Origin: an uncultured Candidatus Peribacteria bacterium
GTDB lineage: Bacteria > Patescibacteriota > Gracilibacteria > Peribacterales > Peribacteraceae
Length of the DNA: 64,000 nt
Direction: 5' to 3'
NCBI GenBank assembly: GCA_964562885.1
Contig: CAZLVC010000001.1
Coordinates: 152,688 to 216,687 of the forward strand
Shown: one piece after another, positions 63,188 to 64,000 of the stretch
How the letters are laid out: the number at the start of each line of letters is the position of its first letter
How positions within the stretch are numbered: the stretch's first letter is position 1
Program-made: the position numbers and the translations under genes
Notes under the pieces: model-generated
Database searches by the model: none
Told to the model about the DNA's origin: nothing
Seen by the model: only the letters and a program-made list of their open reading frames with translations

Positions 63188-64000
63188 ATGTCGTACATCC
63201 TGACATTTTTACGATCGTTTTCTATAAGGCATTCAATGCTGATTATTGCTTTAGCATTAGGCATCGCTTTCTTGTTCCTTAGTGTATCTACAAGTTCTTT
63301 GTACGGTGTCACATGGGACGAGCCCATACAATACCTTTGGGGCAAGATGACTGTTTTGTATTGGCAGAAAGAAGACGCCGAGTACCTTTCGTCTATGCCA
63401 GGAGGTGGTATGTATTATGGCTCACTTTATTATGTTCTCGTGTACCTTTCATCGCAGTGGTTTACCTCTCTTGGTTTTTCGCTTGTTCAAAGTATTCACT
63501 TTCTCAATATTTTCATCGCAAGTCTTTCCATCATTTTTACCGCAATCCTTGGTTTTCAGATAACAAATAAAAGATTAATCGGAGCATGTTCTGGCTTACT
63601 CTATTTTGTCTTTCCTCCGTTTATTGCACACGCTCAGTATAATCCTAAAGATATTGTCTTACTTTTTGCCGTCGTTCTCACTTCCACTTTTTTTGTTCGA
63701 GCATTACAAAAAAAGTCAGTAAGGCATTTCGTTTTTCCCTCTTTTCTTTTTGGATTTTCAGTTGCAATCAAGGTAAGCGCAGTACTGTTTGCACCGGTTA
63801 TTGCTGTGAGCATGATCTTCTTTTATTGCCAACATCGTCAGATGTATTCTGTACAATCACTGATTATTTTGCTGCTCGCTTGCAGTACTGCCTTTCTTGG
63901 CGGAGTGATCCTTTTTTGGCCAAGTCTTTGGGGCGATATTTCATTGCTTTGGCGTTCTTTCTTGCTTTTTTCCGAGCCAGATTTTTGGCATGGTCACGTG
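63188..64000 (+). CDS. GT-C fold glycosyltransferase (family 39 / ArnT-PMT-like), 3' end outside the window
   Basis: The open frame (not in the ORF track) runs to the window edge. It has many TM spans and a DE motif in the first loop (YGVTWDEPIQY). The start could be 63188 or 63236. Confidence 0.65.
   Translation, partial: MSYILTFLRSFSIRHSMLIIALALGIAFLFLSVSTSSLYGVTWDEPIQYLWGKMTVLYWQKEDAEYLSSMPGGGMYYGSLYYVLVYLSSQWFTSLGFSLVQSIHFLNIFIASLSIIFTAILGFQITNKRLIGACSGLLYFVFPPFIAHAQYNPKDIVLLFAVVLTSTFFVRALQKKSVRHFVFPSFLFGFSVAIKVSAVLFAPVIAVSMIFFYCQHRQMYSVQSLIILLLACSTAFLGGVILFWPSLWGDISLLWRSFLLFSEPDFWHGHV

Noticed and set aside
1-64000. CRISPR arrays, cas genes, transposases, integrases, prophage genes, toxin-antitoxin pairs, restriction-modification or other known defence systems, and rRNA genes.
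   Set aside because: I scanned the ORF track and the intergenic regions. I found no direct-repeat/spacer array and no recognisable signature motifs for these classes.

Overview
The window reads as a gene-dense, AT-leaning chromosomal segment from a small-genome, probably uncultivated bacterium. The taxonomic guess (CPR/Patescibacteria-like gene content, standard genetic code) is inference only. I support about 60 CDS. Most are housekeeping genes: pnp, valS, a lexA plus Y-family polymerase pair, an LCP-family protein, rplJ-rplL with an L10 leader, a RelA/SpoT homolog, tig, secF, pgi, ruvA, rsmI, gyrA, rpmE, hrcA, uppP, dgkA, glyA, a 5-formyl-THF cyclo-ligase, dnaX, dcd, a 2-oxoacid:ferredoxin oxidoreductase with flavodoxin, and trpS. 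There are also two tRNAs (Cys-GCA, Ala-UGC), several envelope/surface proteins (Ig-like/FN3 giant, SLH/Calx-beta, M23 peptidase, partial GT39), and a number of hypotheticals. I found no rRNA, CRISPR array, transposase, integrase or recognisable defence system. The signals most worth a second look are non-coding. (1) A roughly 330-400 nt GC-rich multi-helix locus at 23.1-23.5 kb that I cannot assign to a known RNA family. (2) A 146-nt pseudoknot-capable structured element at 47115-47260, wedged between two convergent genes. (3) A two-copy structured hairpin element at 5.33 kb and 25.04 kb, where one copy carries an extra helix inserted in the loop. (4) Three C-depleted, GGA/AGG-rich intergenic tracts that share short exact motifs. 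On the coding side, three things stand out. dnaX carries an in-register A_AAA_AAA heptamer followed by a -1 frame TGA, resembling the E. coli tau/gamma frameshift. A tandem pair of archaeal-type PurP (ATP-grasp FAICAR synthetase) homologs is bracketed by the two tRNA genes. An orphan TraG/VirD4-like ATPase sits next to a surface protein. All functional calls rest on motif recognition by eye; no database search was possible.
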